In this document: positions 25,022 to 40,812 of the stretch, piece after piece
How the letters are laid out: every line of letters starts with the position of its first letter
Numbering within the stretch: the first letter of the stretch is position 1
Notes under the pieces: generated by a model
What the model saw: the letters and a program-made list of their open reading frames with translations, nothing else
What the model was told of the DNA's origin: nothing
Database searches by the model: none
Position numbers and translations under genes: made by a program
Source of the DNA: Auanema rhodensis
Lineage: Eukaryota > Animalia > Nematoda
DNA length: 64,000 nt
Reading direction: 5' to 3'
Assembly (NCBI GenBank): GCA_964057225.1
Contig: OZ059894.1
Location: 19,158,001 to 19,222,000, forward strand

Positions 25022-28000
25022 CTATACTACATTGAGAAACGCTTAATACAAAAATTAGTTATGATCGTTTGAAAAATGATGCATTAGTGTATGTTGAGTT
25101 TCCATGTACACTCAACATTGCTTCCAAAAACATTTTGACAAAAATTTTTTCGAAAAATTTCAAAATAATTTAGCAAAAAGTAGATGTTTTTAGATTCCAT
25201 TTTTCAAGGCAAAGACGATGGACAATGATATTCAACGAAAAAATTAATTCTTCAGGGTGAAAATCGAGGATATAAGTGTGAACTTATATCAGTTGATATC
25301 TCGGTGCATTTTTGAGCTAGCGCAAATCTGATAACACAGATCGACGCAGCTTAAAAATCCGCATCGAATGCACTATACTACATTGAGAAACGCTTAATAC
25401 AAAAATTAGTTATGATCGTTTGGAAAATGATGCATTAGTGTATGTTGAGTTTCCATGTACACTCAACATTGCTTCCAAAAACATTTTGACAAAAATTTTT
25501 TCGAAAAATTTCAAAATAATTTAGCAAAAAGTAGATGTTTTTAGATTCCATTTTTCAAGGCAAAGACGATGGACAATGATATTCAACGAAAAAATTAATT
25601 CTTCAGGGTGAAAATCGAGGATATAAGTGTGAACTTATATCAGTTGATATCTCGGTGCATTTTTGAGCTAGCGCAAATCTGATAACACAGATCGACGCAG
25701 CTTAAAAATCCGCATCGAATGCACTATACTACATTGAGAAACGCTTAATACGAAAATTAGTTATGATCGTTTGGAAAATGATGCATTAGTGTATGTTGAG
25801 TTTCCATGTACACTCAACATTGCTTCCAAAAACATTTTGACAAAAATTTTTTCGAAAAATTTCAAAATAATTTAGCAAAAAGTAGATGTTTTTAGATTCT
25901 ATTTTTCAAGGCAAAGACGATGGACAATGTTATTCAACGAAAAAATTAATTCTTCAGGGTGAAAATCGAGGATATAAGTGTGAACTTATATCAGTTGATA
26001 TCTCGGTGCATTTTTAAGCTAGCGCAAATCTGATAACACAGATCGACGCAGCTTAAAAATCCGCATTGAATGCACTATACTACATTGAGAAACGCTTAAT
26101 ACAAAAATTAGTTATGATCGTTTGAAAAATGATGCATTAGTGTATGTTGAGTTTCCATGTACACTCAACATTGCTTCCAAAAACATTTTGACAAAAATTT
26201 TTTCGAAAAATTTCAAAATAATTTAGCAAAAAGTAGATGTTTTTAGATTCCATTTTTCAAGGCAAAGACGATGGACAATGTAATTCAACGAAAAAATTAA
26301 TTCTTCAGGGTGAAAATCGAGGATATAAGTGTGAACTTATATCAGTTGATATCTCGGTGCATTTTTAAGCTAGCGCAAATCTGATAACACAGATCGACGC
26401 AGCTTAAAAATCCGCATCGAATGCACTATACTACATTGAGAAACGCTTAATACAAAAATTAGTTATGATCGTTTGAAAAATGATGCATTAGTGTATGTTG
26501 AGTTTCCATGTACACTCAACATTGCTTCCAAAAACATTTTGACAAAAATTTTTTCGAAAAATTTCAAAATAATTTAGCAAAAAGTAGATGTTTTTAGATT
26601 CCATTTTTCAAGGCAAAGACGATGGACAATGTTATTCAACGAAAAAATTAATTCTTCAGGGTGAAAATCGAGGATATAACTGTGAACTTATATCAGTTGA
26701 TATCTCGGTGCATTTTTGAGCTAGCGCAAATCTGATAACACAGATCGACGCAGCTTAAAAATCCGCATCGAATGCACTATACTACATTGAGAAACGCTTA
26801 ATACAAAAATTAGTTATGATCGTTTGAAAAATGATGCATTAGTGTATGTTGAGTTTCCATGTACACTCAACATTGCTTCCAAAAACATTTTGACAAAAAT
26901 TTTTTCGAAAAATTTCAAAATAATTTAGCAAAAAGTAGATGTTTTTAGATTCTATTTTTCAAGGCAAAGACGATGGACAATGTTATTCAACGAAAAAATT
27001 AATTCTTCAGGGTGAAAATCGAGGATATAAGTGTGAACTTATATCAGTTGATATCTCGGTGCATTTTTAAGCTAGCGCAAATCTGATAACACAGATCGAC
27101 GCAGCTTAAAAATTCGCATTGAATGCACTATACTACATTGAGAAACGCTTAATACAAAAATTAGTTATGATCGTTTGAAAAATGATGCATTAGTGTATGT
27201 TGAGTTTCCATGTACACTCAACATTGCTTCCAAAAACATTTTGACAAAAATTTTTTCGAAAAATTTCAAAATAATTTAGCAAAAAGTAGATGTTTTTAGA
27301 TTCCAATTTTAAGATAAAGACGATGGACAATGTTATTCAACGAAAAAATTAATTCTTCAGGGTGAAAATCGAGGATATAAGTGTGAACTTATATCAGTTG
27401 ATATCTCGGTGCATTTTTAAGCTAGCGCAAATTTGATAACACAGATCGACGCAGCTTAAAAATCCGCATCGAATGCACTATACTACATTGAGAAACGCTT
27501 AATACAAAAATTAGTTATGATCGTTTGAAAAATGATGCATTAGTGTATGTTGAGTTTCCATGTACACTCAACATTGCTTCCAAAAACATTTTGACAAAAA
27601 TTTTTTCGAAAAATTTCAAAATAATTTAGCAAAAAGTAGATGTTTTTAGATTCTATTTTTCAAGGCAAAGACGATGGACAATGTTATTCAACGAAAAAAT
27701 TAATTCTTCAGGGTGAAAATCGAGGATATAAGTGTGAACTTATATCAGTTGATATCTCGGTGCATTTTTAAGCTAGCGCAAATCTGATAACACAGATCGA
27801 CGCAGCTTAAAAATCCGCATTGAATGCACTATACTACATTGAGAAACGCTTAATACAAAAATTAGTTATGATCGTTTGAAAAATGATGCATTAGTGTATG
27901 TTGAGTTTCCATGTACACTCAACATTGCTTCCAAAAACATTTTGACAAAAATTTTTTCGAAAAATTTCAAAATAATTTAGCAAAAAGTAGATGTTTTTAG

Positions 28001-31000
28001 ATTCCATTTTTCAAGGCAAAGACGATGGACAATGTTATTCAACGAAAAAATTAATTCTTCAGGGTGAAAATCGAGGATATAAGTGTGAACTTATATCAGT
28101 TGATATCTCGGTGCATTTTTAAGCTAGCGCAAATCTGATAACACAGATCGACGCAGCTTAAAAATCCGCATCGAATGCACTATACTACATTGAGAAACGC
28201 TTAATACAAAAATTAGTTATGATCGTTTGAAAAATGATGCATTAGTGTATGTTGAGTTTCCATGTACACTCAACATTGCTTCCAAAAACATTTTGACAAA
28301 AATTTTTTCGAAAAATTTCAAAATAATTTAGCAAAAAGTAGATGTTTTTAGATTCCATTTTTCAAGGCAAAGACGATGGACAATGTTATTCAACGAAAAA
28401 ATTAATTCTTCAGGGTGAAAATCGAGGATATAACTGTGAACTTATATCAGTTGATATCTCGGTGCATTTTTAAGCTAGCGCAAATCTGATAACACAGATC
28501 GACGCAGCTTAAAAATCCGCATCGAATGCACTATACTACATTGAGAAACGCTTAATACAAAAATTAGTTATGATCGTTTGAAAAATGATGCATTAGTGTA
28601 TGTTGAGTTTCCATGTACACTCAACATTGCTTCCAAAAACATTTTGACAAAAATTTTTTCGAAAAATTTCAAAATAATTTAGCAAAAAGTAGATGTTTTT
28701 AGATTCCATTTTTCAAGGCAAAGACGATGGACAATGATATTCAACGAAAAAATTAATTCTTCAGGGTGAAAATCGAGGATATAAGTGTGAACTTATATCA
28801 GTTGATATCTCGGTGCATTTTTGAGCTAGCGCAAATCTGATAACACAGATCGACGCAGCTTAAAAATCCGCATCGAATGCACTATACTACATTGAGAAAC
28901 GCTTAATACAAAAATTAGTTATGATCGTTTGGAAAATGATGCATTAGTGTATGTTGAGTTTCCATGTACACTCAACATTGCTTCCAAAAACATTTTGACA
29001 AAAATTTTTTCGAAAAATTTCAAAATAATTTAGCAAAAAGTAGATGTTTTTAGATTCCATTTTTCAAGGCAAAGACGATGGACAATGTTATTCAACGAAA
29101 AAATTAATTCTTCAGGGTGAAAATCGAGGATATAACTGTGAACTTATATCAGTTGATATCTCGGTGCATTTTTAAGCTAGCGCAAATCTGATAACACAGA
29201 TCGACGCAGCTTAAAAATCCGCATCGAATGCACTATACTACATTGAGAAACGCTTAATACAAAAATTAGTTATGATCGTTTGAAAAATGATGCATTAGTG
29301 TATGTTGAGTTTCCATGTACACTCAACATTGCTTCCAAAAACATTTTGACAAAAATTTTTTCGAAAAATTTCAAAATAATTTAGCAAAAAGTAGATGTTT
29401 TTAGATTCCATTTTTCAAGGCAAAGACGATGGACAATGATATTCAACGAAAAAATTAATTCTTCAGGGTGAAAATCGAGGATATAAGTGTGAACTTATAT
29501 CAGTTGATATCTCGGTGCATTTTTGAGCTAGCGCAAATCTGATAACACAGATCGACGCAGCTTAAAAATCCGCATCGAATGCACTATACTACATTGAGAA
29601 ACGCTTAATACAAAAATTAGTTATGATCGTTTGGAAAATGATGCATTAGTGTATGTTGAGTTTCCATGTACACTCAACATTGCTTCCAAAAACATTTTGA
29701 CAAAAATTTTTTCGAAAAATTTCAAAATAATTTAGCAAAAAGTAGATGTTTTTAGATTCTATTTTTCAAGGCAAAGACGATGGACAATGTTATTCAACGA
29801 AAAAATTAATTCTTCAGGGTGAAAATCGAGGATATAAGTGTGAACTTATATCAGTTGATATCTCGGTGCATTTTTAAGCTAGCGCAAATCTGATAACACA
29901 GATCGACGCAGCTTAAAAATCCGCATTGAATGCACTATACTACATTGAGAAACGCTTAATACAAAAATTAGTTATGATCGTTTGAAAAATGATGCATTAG
30001 TGTATGTTGAGTTTCCATGTACACTCAACATTGCTTCCAAAAACATTTTGACAAAAATTTTTTCGAAAAATTTCAAAATAATTTAGCAAAAAGTAGATGT
30101 TTTTAGATTCCATTTTTCAAGGCAAAGACGATGGACAATGTAATTCAACGAAAAAATTAATTCTTCAGGGTGAAAATCGAGGATATAAGTGTGAACTTAT
30201 ATCAGTTGATATCTCGGTGCATTTTTAAGCTAGCGCAAATCTGATAACACAGATCGACGCAGCTTAAAAATCCGCATCGAATGCACTATACTACATTGAG
30301 AAACGCTTAATACAAAAATTAGTTATGATCGTTTGAAAAATGATGCATTAGTGTATGTTGAGTTTCCATGTACACTCAACATTGCTTCCAAAAACATTTT
30401 GACAAAAATTTTTTCGAAAAATTTCAAAATAATTTAGCAAAAAGTAGATGTTTTTAGATTCCATTTTTCAAGGCAAAGACGATGGACAATGTTATTCAAC
30501 GAAAAAATTAATTCTTCAGGGTGAAAATCGAGGATATAACTGTGAACTTATATCAGTTGATATCTCGGTGCATTTTTAAGCTAGCGCAAATCTGATAACA
30601 CAGATCGACGCAGCTTAAAAATCCGCATCGAATGCACTATACTACATTGAGAAACGCTTAATACAAAAATTAGTTATGATCGTTTGAAAAATGATGCATT
30701 AGTGTATGTTGAGTTTCCATGTACACTCAACATTGCTTCCAAAAACATTTTGACAAAAATTTTTTCGAAAAATTTCAAAATAATTTAGCAAAAAGTAGAT
30801 GTTTTTAGATTCCAATTTTAAGATAAAGACGATGGACAATGTTATTCAACGAAAAAATTAATTCTTCAGGGTGAAAATCGAGGATATAAGTGTGAACTTA
30901 TATCAGTTGATATCTCGGTGCATTTTTAAGCTAGCGCAAATTTGATAACACAGATCGACGCAGCTTAAAAATCCGCATCGAATGCACTATACTACATTGA

Positions 31001-34000
31001 GAAACGCTTAATACAAAAATTAGTTATGATCGTTTGAAAAATGATGCATTAGTGTATGTTGAGTTTCCATGTACACTCAACATTGCTTCCAAAAACATTT
31101 TGACAAAAATTTTTTCGAAAAATTTCAAAATAATTTAGCAAAAAGTAGATGTTTTTAGATTCTATTTTTCAAGGCAAAGACGATGGACAATGTTATTCAA
31201 CGAAAAAATTAATTCTTCAGGGTGAAAATCGAGGATATAAGTGTGAACTTATATCAGTTGATATCTCGGTGCATTTTTAAGCTAGCGCAAATCTGATAAC
31301 ACAGATCGACGCAGCTTAAAAATCCGCATTGAATGCACTATACTACATTGAGAAACGCTTAATACAAAAATTAGTTATGATCGTTTGAAAAATGATGCAT
31401 TAGTGTATGTTGAGTTTCCATGTACACTCAACATTGCTTCCAAAAACATTTTGACAAAAATTTTTTCGAAAAATTTCAAAATAATTTAGCAAAAAGTAGA
31501 TGTTTTTAGATTCCATTTTTCAAGGCAAAGACGATGGACAATGTTATTCAACGAAAAAATTAATTCTTCAGGGTGAAAATCGAGGATATAAGTGTGAACT
31601 TATATCAGTTGATATCTCGGTGCATTTTTAAGCTAGCGCAAATCTGATAACACAGATCGACGCAGCTTAAAAATTCGCATTGAATGCACTATACTACATT
31701 GAGAAACGCTTAATACAAAAATTAGTTATGATCGTTTGAAAAATGATGCATTAGTGTATGTTGAGTTTCCATGTACACTCAACATTGCTTCCAAAAACAT
31801 TTTGACAAAAATTTTTTCGAAAAATTTCAAAATAATTTAGCAAAAAGTAGATGTTTTTAGATTCCATTTTTCAAGGCAAAGACGATGGACAATGTTATTC
31901 AACGAAAAAATTAATTCTTCAGGGTGAAAATCGAGGATATAACTGTGAACTTATATCAGTTGATATCTCGGTGCATTTTTGAGCTAGCGCAAATCTGATA
32001 ACACAGATCGACGCAGCTTAAAAATCCGCATCGAATGCACTATACTACATTGAGAAACGCTTAATACAAAAATTAGTTATGATCGTTTGAAAAATGATGC
32101 ATTAGTGTATGTTGAGTTTCCATGTACACTCAACATTGCTTCCAAAAACATTTTGACAAAAATTTTTTCGAAAAATTTCAAAATAATTTAGCAAAAAGTA
32201 GATGTTTTTAGATTCTATTTTTCAAGGCAAAGACGATGGACAATGTTATTCAACGAAAAAATTAATTCTTCAGGGTGAAAATCGAGGATATAAGTGTGAA
32301 CTTATATCAGTTGATATCTCGGTGCATTTTTAAGCTAGCGCAAATCTGATAACACAGATCGACGCAGCTTAAAAATTCGCATTGAATGCACTATACTACA
32401 TTGAGAAACGCTTAATACAAAAATTAGTTATGATCGTTTGAAAAATGATGCATTAGTGTATGTTGAGTTTCCATGTACACTCAACATTGCTTCCAAAAAC
32501 ATTTTGACAAAAATTTTTTCGAAAAATTTCAAAATAATTTAGCAAAAAGTAGATGTTTTTAGATTCCAATTTTAAGATAAAGACGATGGACAATGTTATT
32601 CAACGAAAAAATTAATTCTTCAGGGTGAAAATCGAGGATATAAGTGTGAACTTATATCAGTTGATATCTCGGTGCATTTTTAAGCTAGCGCAAATTTGAT
32701 AACACAGATCGACGCAGCTTAAAAATCCGCATCGAATGCACTATACTACATTGAGAAACGCTTAATACAAAAATTAGTTATGATCGTTTGAAAAATGATG
32801 CATTAGTGTATGTTGAGTTTCCATGTACACTCAACATTGCTTCCAAAAACATTTTGACAAAAATTTTTTCGAAAAATTTCAAAATAATTTAGCAAAAAGT
32901 AGATGTTTTTAGATTCTATTTTTCAAGGCAAAGACGATGGACAATGTTATTCAACGAAAAAATTAATTCTTCAGGGTGAAAATCGAGGATATAAGTGTGA
33001 ACTTATATCAGTTGATATCTCGGTGCATTTTTAAGCTAGCGCAAATCTGATAACACAGATCGACGCAGCTTAAAAATCCGCATTGAATGCACTATACTAC
33101 ATTGAGAAACGCTTAATACAAAAATTAGTTATGATCGTTTGAAAAATGATGCATTAGTGTATGTTGAGTTTCCATGTACACTCAACATTGCTTCCAAAAA
33201 CATTTTGACAAAAATTTTTTCGAAAAATTTCAAAATAATTTAGCAAAAAGTAGATGTTTTTAGATTCCATTTTTCAAGGCAAAGACGATGGACAATGTTA
33301 TTCAACGAAAAAATTAATTCTTCAGGGTGAAAATCGAGGATATAAGTGTGAACTTATATCAGTTGATATCTCGGTGCATTTTTAAGCTAGCGCAAATCTG
33401 ATAACACAGATCGACGCAGCTTAAAAATCCGCATCGAATGCACTATACTACATTGAGAAACGCTTAATACAAAAATTAGTTATGATCGTTTGAAAAATGA
33501 TGCATTAGTGTATGTTGAGTTTCCATGTACACTCAACATTGCTTCCAAAAACATTTTGACAAAAATTTTTTCGAAAAATTTCAAAATAATTTAGCAAAAA
33601 GTAGATGTTTTTAGATTCCATTTTTCAAGGCAAAGACGATGGACAATGTTATTCAACGAAAAAATTAATTCTTCAGGGTGAAAATCGAGGATATAACTGT
33701 GAACTTATATCAGTTGATATCTCGGTGCATTTTTGAGCTAGCGCAAATCTGATAACACAGATCGACGCAGCTTAAAAATCCGCATCGAATGCACTATACT
33801 ACATTGAGAAACGCTTAATACAAAAATTAGTTATGATCGTTTGAAAAATGATGCATTAGTGTATGTTGAGTTTCCATGTACACTCAACATTGCTTCCAAA
33901 AACATTTTGACAAAAATTTTTTCGAAAAATTTCAAAATAATTTAGCAAAAAGTAGATGTTTTTAGATTCTATTTTTCAAGGCAAAGACGATGGACAATGT

Positions 34001-34494
34001 TATTCAACGAAAAAATTAATTCTTCAGGGTGAAAATCGAGGATATAAGTGTGAACTTATATCAGTTGATATCTCGGTGCATTTTTAAGCTAGCGCAAATC
34101 TGATAACACAGATCGACGCAGCTTAAAAATTCGCATTGAATGCACTATACTACATTGAGAAACGCTTAATACAAAAATTAGTTATGATCGTTTGAAAAAT
34201 GATGCATTAGTGTATGTTGAGTTTCCATGTACACTCAACATTGCTTCCAAAAACATTTTGACAAAAATTTTTTCGAAAAATTTCAAAATAATTTAGCAAA
34301 AAGTAGATGTTTTTAGATTCCAATTTTAAGATAAAGACGATGGACAATGTTATTCAACGAAAAAATTAATTCTTCAGGGTGAAAATCGAGGATATAAGTG
34401 TGAACTTATGTCAGTTGATATCTCGGTGCATTTTTAAGCTAGCGCAAATCTGATAACACAGATCGACGCAGCTTAAAAATCCGCATCGAATGCA
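25022..34494. repeat. Variant domain D with a 5-mer higher-order repeat (1754 bp)
   Basis: A 350-bp marker monomer TTCCAATTTTAAGATA occurs at 27301, 30810, 32564 and 34318 (offsets 3509, 1754, 1754). It is accompanied in order by TTCTAT, GCATTGAA, ATAACTGTG and AATTCGC. Confidence 0.85.
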
Positions 34495-37400
34495 CTATAC
34501 TACATTGAGAAACGCTTAATACAAAAATTAGTTATCATCGTTTGAAAAATGATGCATTAGTGTATGTTGAGTTTCCATGTACACTCAACATTGCTTCCAA
34601 AAACAATTTGACAAAAATTTTTTCGAAAAATTTCAAAATAATTTAGCAAAAAGTAGATGTTTTTAGATTCCTTTTTTTAAGGCAAAGACGATGGACAATG
34701 TTATTCAACGAAAAAATTAATTCTTCAGGGTGAAAATCGAGGATATAAGTGTGAACTTATATCAGTTGATATCTCGGTGCATTTTTAAGCTAGCGCAAAT
34801 CTGATAACACAGATCGACGCAGCTTACAACTCCGCATCGAATGCACTATACTACATTGAGAAACGCTTAATACAGAAATTAGTTACGATCGTTTGAAAAA
34901 TGATCCATTAGTGTATGTTGAGTTTCCATGTACACTCAACATTGCTTCCAAAAACATTTTGACAAAAATTTTTTCGAAAAATTTCAAAATAAATTAGCAA
35001 AAAGTAGATGTTTTTAGATTTCTTTTTTCAAGGCAAAGACGATGGACAATGTTATTCAACGAAAAAATTAATTCTTCAGGGTGAAAATCGAGGATATAAG
35101 TGTGAACTTATATCAGTTGATATCTCGGTGCATTTTTAAGCTAGCGCAAATTTGATAACACAGATCGACGCAGCTTAAAAATCCGCATCGAATGCACTAT
35201 ACTACATTGAGAAACGCTTAATACAAAAATTAGTTATGATCGTTTGAAAAATGATCCATTAGTGTATGTTGAGTTTCCATGTACACTCAACATTGCTTCC
35301 AAAAACATTTTGACAAAAAATTTTTCGAAAAATTTCAAAATAAATTAGCAAAAAGTAGATGTTTTTAGATTCCTTTTTTCAAGGCAAAGACGATGGACAA
35401 TGTTATTCAACGAAAAAATTAATTATTCAGGGTGAAAATCGAGGATATAAGTGTGAACTTATATCAGTTGATATCTCGGTGCATTTTTAAGCTAGCGCAA
35501 ATCTGATAACACAGATCGACGCAGCTTACAAATCCGCATCGAATGCACTATACTACATTGAGAAACGCTTAATACAAAAATTAGTTATGATCGTTTGAAA
35601 AATGATCCATTAGTGTATGTTGAGTTTCCATGTACACTCAACATTGCTTCCAAAAACATTTTGACAAAAATTTTTTCGAAAAATTTCAAAATAAATTAGC
35701 AAAAAGTAGATGTTTTTAGATTTCTTTTTTCAAGGCAAAGACGATGGACAATGTTATTCAACGAAAAAATTAATTCTTCAGGGTGAAAATCGAGGATATA
35801 AGTGTGAACTTATATCAGTTGATATCTCGGTGCATTTTTAAGCTAGCGCAAATTTGATAACACAGATCGACGCAGCTTAAAAATCCGCATCGAATGCACT
35901 ATACTACATTGAGAAACGCTTAATACAAAAATTAGTTATGATCGTTTGAAAAATGATCCATTAGTGTATGTTGAGTTTCCATGTACACTCAACATTGCTT
36001 CCAAAAACATTTTGACAAAAAATTTTTCGAAAAATTTCAAAATAAATTAGCAAAAAGTAGATGTTTTTAGATTCCTTTTTTCAAGGCAAAGACGATGGAC
36101 AATGTTATTCAACGAAAAAATTAATTCTTCAGGGTGAAAATCGAGGATATAAGTGTGAACTTATATCAGTTGATATCTCGGTGCATTTTTAAGCTAGCGC
36201 AAATCTGATAACACAGATCGACGCAGCTTACAAATCCGCATCGAATGCACTATACTACATTGAGAAACGCTTAATACAAAAATTAGTTATGATCGTTTGA
36301 AAAATGATCCATTAGTGTATGTTGAGTTTCCATGTACACTCAACATTGCTTCCAAAAACATTTTGACAAAAATTTTTTCGAAAAATTTCAAAATAAATTA
36401 GCAAAAAGTAGATGTTTTTAGATTCCTTTTTTCAAGGCAAAGACGATGGACAATGTTATTCAACGAAAAAATTAATTCTTCAGGGTGAAAATCGAGGATA
36501 TAAGTGTGAACTTATATCAGTTGATATCTCGGTGCATTTTTAAGCTAGCGCAAATCTGATAACACAGATCGACGCAGCTTACAAATCCGCATCGAATGCA
36601 CTATACTACATTGAGAAACGCTTAATACAAAAATTAGTTATGATCGTTTGAAAAATGATGCATTAGTGTATGTTGAGTTTCCATGTACACTCAACATTGC
36701 TTCCAAAAACATTTTGACAAAAATTTTTTCGAAAAATTTCAAAATAATTTAGCAAAAAGTAGATGTTTTTAGATTCCTTTTTTTAAGGCAAAGACGATGG
36801 ACAATGTTATTCAACGAAAAAATTAATTCTTCAGGGTGAAAATCGAGGATATAAGTGTGAACTTATATCAGTTGATATCTCGGTGCATTTTTAAGCTAGC
36901 GCAAATCTGATAACACAGATCGACGCAGCTCAAAAATCCGCATCGAATACACTATACTACATTGAGAAACGCTTAATACAGAAATTAGTTATGATCGTTT
37001 GAAAAATGATGCATTAGTGTATGTTGAGTTTCCATGTACACTCAAAATTGCTTCCAAAAACATTTTGACAAAAATTTTTTCGAAAAATTTCAAAATAAAT
37101 TAGCAAAAAGTAGATGTTTTTAGATTCCTTTTTTCAAGGCAAAGACGATGGACAATGTTATTCAACGAAAAAATTAATTCTTCAGGGTGAAAATCGAGGA
37201 TATAAGTGTGAACTTATATCAGTTGATATCTCGGTGCATTTTTAAGCTAGCGCAAATCTGATAACACAGATCGACGCAGCTTACAAATCCGCATCGAATG
37301 CACTATACTACATTGAGAAACGCTTAATACAGAAATTAGTTATGATCGTTTGAAAAATGATCCATTAGTGTATGTTGAGTTTCCATGTACACTCAACATT

Positions 37401-40400
37401 GCTTCCAAAAACATTTTGACAAAAATTTTTTCGAAAAATTTCAAAATAAATTAGCAAAAAGTAGATGTTTTTAGATTTCTTTTTTCAAGGCAAAGACGAT
37501 GGACAATGTTATTCAACGAAAAAATTAATTCTTCAGGGTGAAAATCGAGGATATAAGTGTGAACTTATATCAGTTGATATCTCGGTGCATTTTTAAGCTA
37601 GCGCAAATTTGATAACACAGATCGACGCAGCTTAAAAATCCGCATCGAATGCACTATACTACATTGAGAAACGCTTAATACAAAAATTAGTTATGATCGT
37701 TTGAAAAATGATCCATTAGTGTATGTTGAGTTTCCATGTACACTCAACATTGCTTCCAAAAACATTTTGACAAAAAATTTTTCGAAAAATTTCAAAATAA
37801 ATTAGCAAAAAGTAGATGTTTTTAGATTCCTTTTTTCAAGGCAAAGACGATGGACAATGTTATTCAACGAAAAAATTAATTCTTCAGGGTGAAAATCGAG
37901 GATATAAGTGTGAACTTATATCAGTTGATATCTCGGTGCATTTTTAAGCTAGCGCAAATCTGATAACACAGATCGACGCAGCTTACAAATCCGCATCGAA
38001 TGCACTATACTACATTGAGAAACGCTTAATACAAAAATTAGTTATGATCGTTTGAAAAATGATCCATTAGTGTATGTTGAGTTTCCATGTACACTCAACA
38101 TTGCTTCCAAAAACATTTTGACAAAAATTTTTTCGAAAAATTTCAAAATAAATTAGCAAAAAGTAGATGTTTTTAGATTCCTTTTTTCAAGGCAAAGACG
38201 ATGGACAATGTTATTCAACGAAAAAATTAATTCTTCAGGGTGAAAATCGAGGATATAAGTGTGAACTTATATCAGTTGATATCTCGGTGCATTTTTAAGC
38301 TAGCGCAAATCTGATAACACAGATCGACGCAGCTTACAAATCCGCATCGAATGCACTATACTACATTGAGAAACGCTTAATACAAAAATTAGTTATGATC
38401 GTTTGAAAAATGATGCATTAGTGTATGTTGAGTTTCCATGTACACTCAACATTGCTTCCAAAAACATTTTGACAAAAATTTTTTCGAAAAATTTCAAAAT
38501 AATTTAGCAAAAAGTAGATGTTTTTAGATTCCTTTTTTTAAGGCAAAGACGATGGACAATGTTATTCAACGAAAAAATTAATTCTTCAGGGTGAAAATCG
38601 AGGATATAAGTGTGAACTTATATCAGTTGATATCTCGGTGCATTTTTAAGCTAGCGCAAATCTGATAACACAGATCGACGCAGCTTACAAATCCGCATCG
38701 AATGCACTATACTACATTGAGAAACGCTTAATACAGAAATTAGTTATGATCGTTTGAAAAATGATGCATTAGTGTATGTTGAGTTTCCATGTACACTCAA
38801 AATTGCTTCCAAAAACATTTTGACAAAAATTTTTTTGAAAAATTTCAAAATAAATTAGCAAAAAGTAGATGTTTTTAGATTCCTTTTTTCAAGGCAAAGA
38901 CGATGGACAATGTTATTCAACGAAAAAATTAATTCTTCAGGGTGAAAATCGAGGATATAAGTGTGAACTTATATCAGTTGATATCTCGGTGCATTTTTAA
39001 GCTAGCGCAAATCTGATAACACAGATCGACGCAGCTTACAAATCCGCATCGAATGCACTATACTACATTGAGAAACGCTTAATACAAAAATTAGTTATGA
39101 TCGTTTGAAAAATGATCCATTAGTGTATGTTGAGTTTCCATGTACACTCAACATTGCTTCCAAAAACATTTTGACAAAAAATTTTTCGAAAAATTTCAAA
39201 ATAAATTAGCAAAAAGTAGATGTTTTTAGATTCCTTTTTTCAAGGCAAAGACGATGGACAATGTTATTCAACGAAAAAATTAATTCTTCAGGGTGAAAAT
39301 CGAGGATATAAGTGTGAACTTATATCAGTTGATATCTCGGTGCATTTTTAAGCTAGCGCAAATCTGATAACACAGATCGACGCAGCTTACAAATCCGCAT
39401 CGAATGCACTATACTACATTGAGAAACGCTTAATACAAAAATTAGTTATGATCGTTTGAAAAATGATCCATTAGTGTATGTTGAGTTTCCATGTACACTC
39501 AACATTGCTTCCAAAAACATTTTGACAAAAATTTTTTCGAAAAATTTCAAAATAAATTAGCAAAAAGTAGATGTTTTTAGATTCCTTTTTTCAAGGAAAA
39601 GACGATGGACAATGTTATTCAACGAAAAAATTAATTCTTCAGGGTGAAAATCGAGGATATAAGTGTGAACTTATATCAGTTGATATCTCGGTGCATTTTT
39701 AAGCTAGCGCAAATCTGATAACACAGATCGACGCAGCTTACAAATCCGCATCGAATGCACTATACTACATTGAGAAACGCTTAATACAAAAATTAGTTAT
39801 GATCGTTTGAAAAATGATGCATTAGTGTATGTTGAGTTTCCATGTACACTCAACATTGCTTCCAAAAACATTTTGACAAAAATTTTTTCGAAAAATTTCA
39901 AAATAATTTAGCAAAAAGTAGATGTTTTTAGATTCCTTTTTTTAAGGCAAAGACGATGGACAATGTTATTCAACGAAAAAATTAATTCTTCAGGGTGAAA
40001 ATCGAGGATATAAGTGTGAACTTATATCAGTTGATATCTCGGTGCATTTTTAAGCTAGCGCAAATCTGATAACACAGATCGACGCAGCTTACAAATCCGC
40101 ATCGAATGCACTATACTACATTGAGAAACGCTTAATACAGAAATTAGTTATGATCGTTTGAAAAATGATGCATTAGTGTATGTTGAGTTTCCATGTACAC
40201 TCAAAATTGCTTCCAAAAACATTTTGACAAAAATTTTTTCGAAAAATTTCAAAATAAATTAGCAAAAAGTAGATGTTTTTAGATTCCTTTTTTCAAGGCA
40301 AAGACAATGGACAATGTTATTCAACGAAAAAATTAATTCTTCAGGGTGAAAATCGAGGATATAAGTGTGAACTTATATCAGTTGATATCTCGGTGCATTT

Positions 40401-40812
40401 TTAAGCTAGCGCAAATCTGATAACACAGATCGACGCAGCTTAAAAATCCGCATCGAATGCACTATACTACATTGAGAAACGCTTAATACAAAAATTAGTT
40501 ATGATCGTTTGAAAAATGATGCATTAGTGTATGTTGAGTTTCCATGTACACTCAACATTGCTTCCAAAAACATTTTGACAAAAATTTTTTCGAAAAATTT
40601 CAAAATAATTTAGCAATAAGTAGATGTTTTTAGATTCCATTTCTCAAGGCAAAGACGATGGACAATGTTATTCAACGAAAAAATTAATTCTTCAGGGTGA
40701 AAATCGAGGATATAAGTGTGAACTTATATCAGTTGATATCTCGGTGCATTTTTAAGCTAGCGCAAATCTGATAACACAGATCGACGCAGCTTACAAATCC
40801 GCATCGAATGCA
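34495..40812. repeat. Variant domain A' with a 5-mer then 4-mer higher-order repeat
   Basis: Domain A markers return. CTCAAAATT occurs at 37046/38801/40205 and ACAAAAAATT at 36022/37777/39181 (offsets 1755, then 1404). Confidence 0.85.

Noticed and set aside
4317-34494. Mirror-symmetric layered expansion (A-B-C-B-A)
   Set aside because: B markers reappear after A', not before it, so the order fits a direct duplication better than mirror symmetry.
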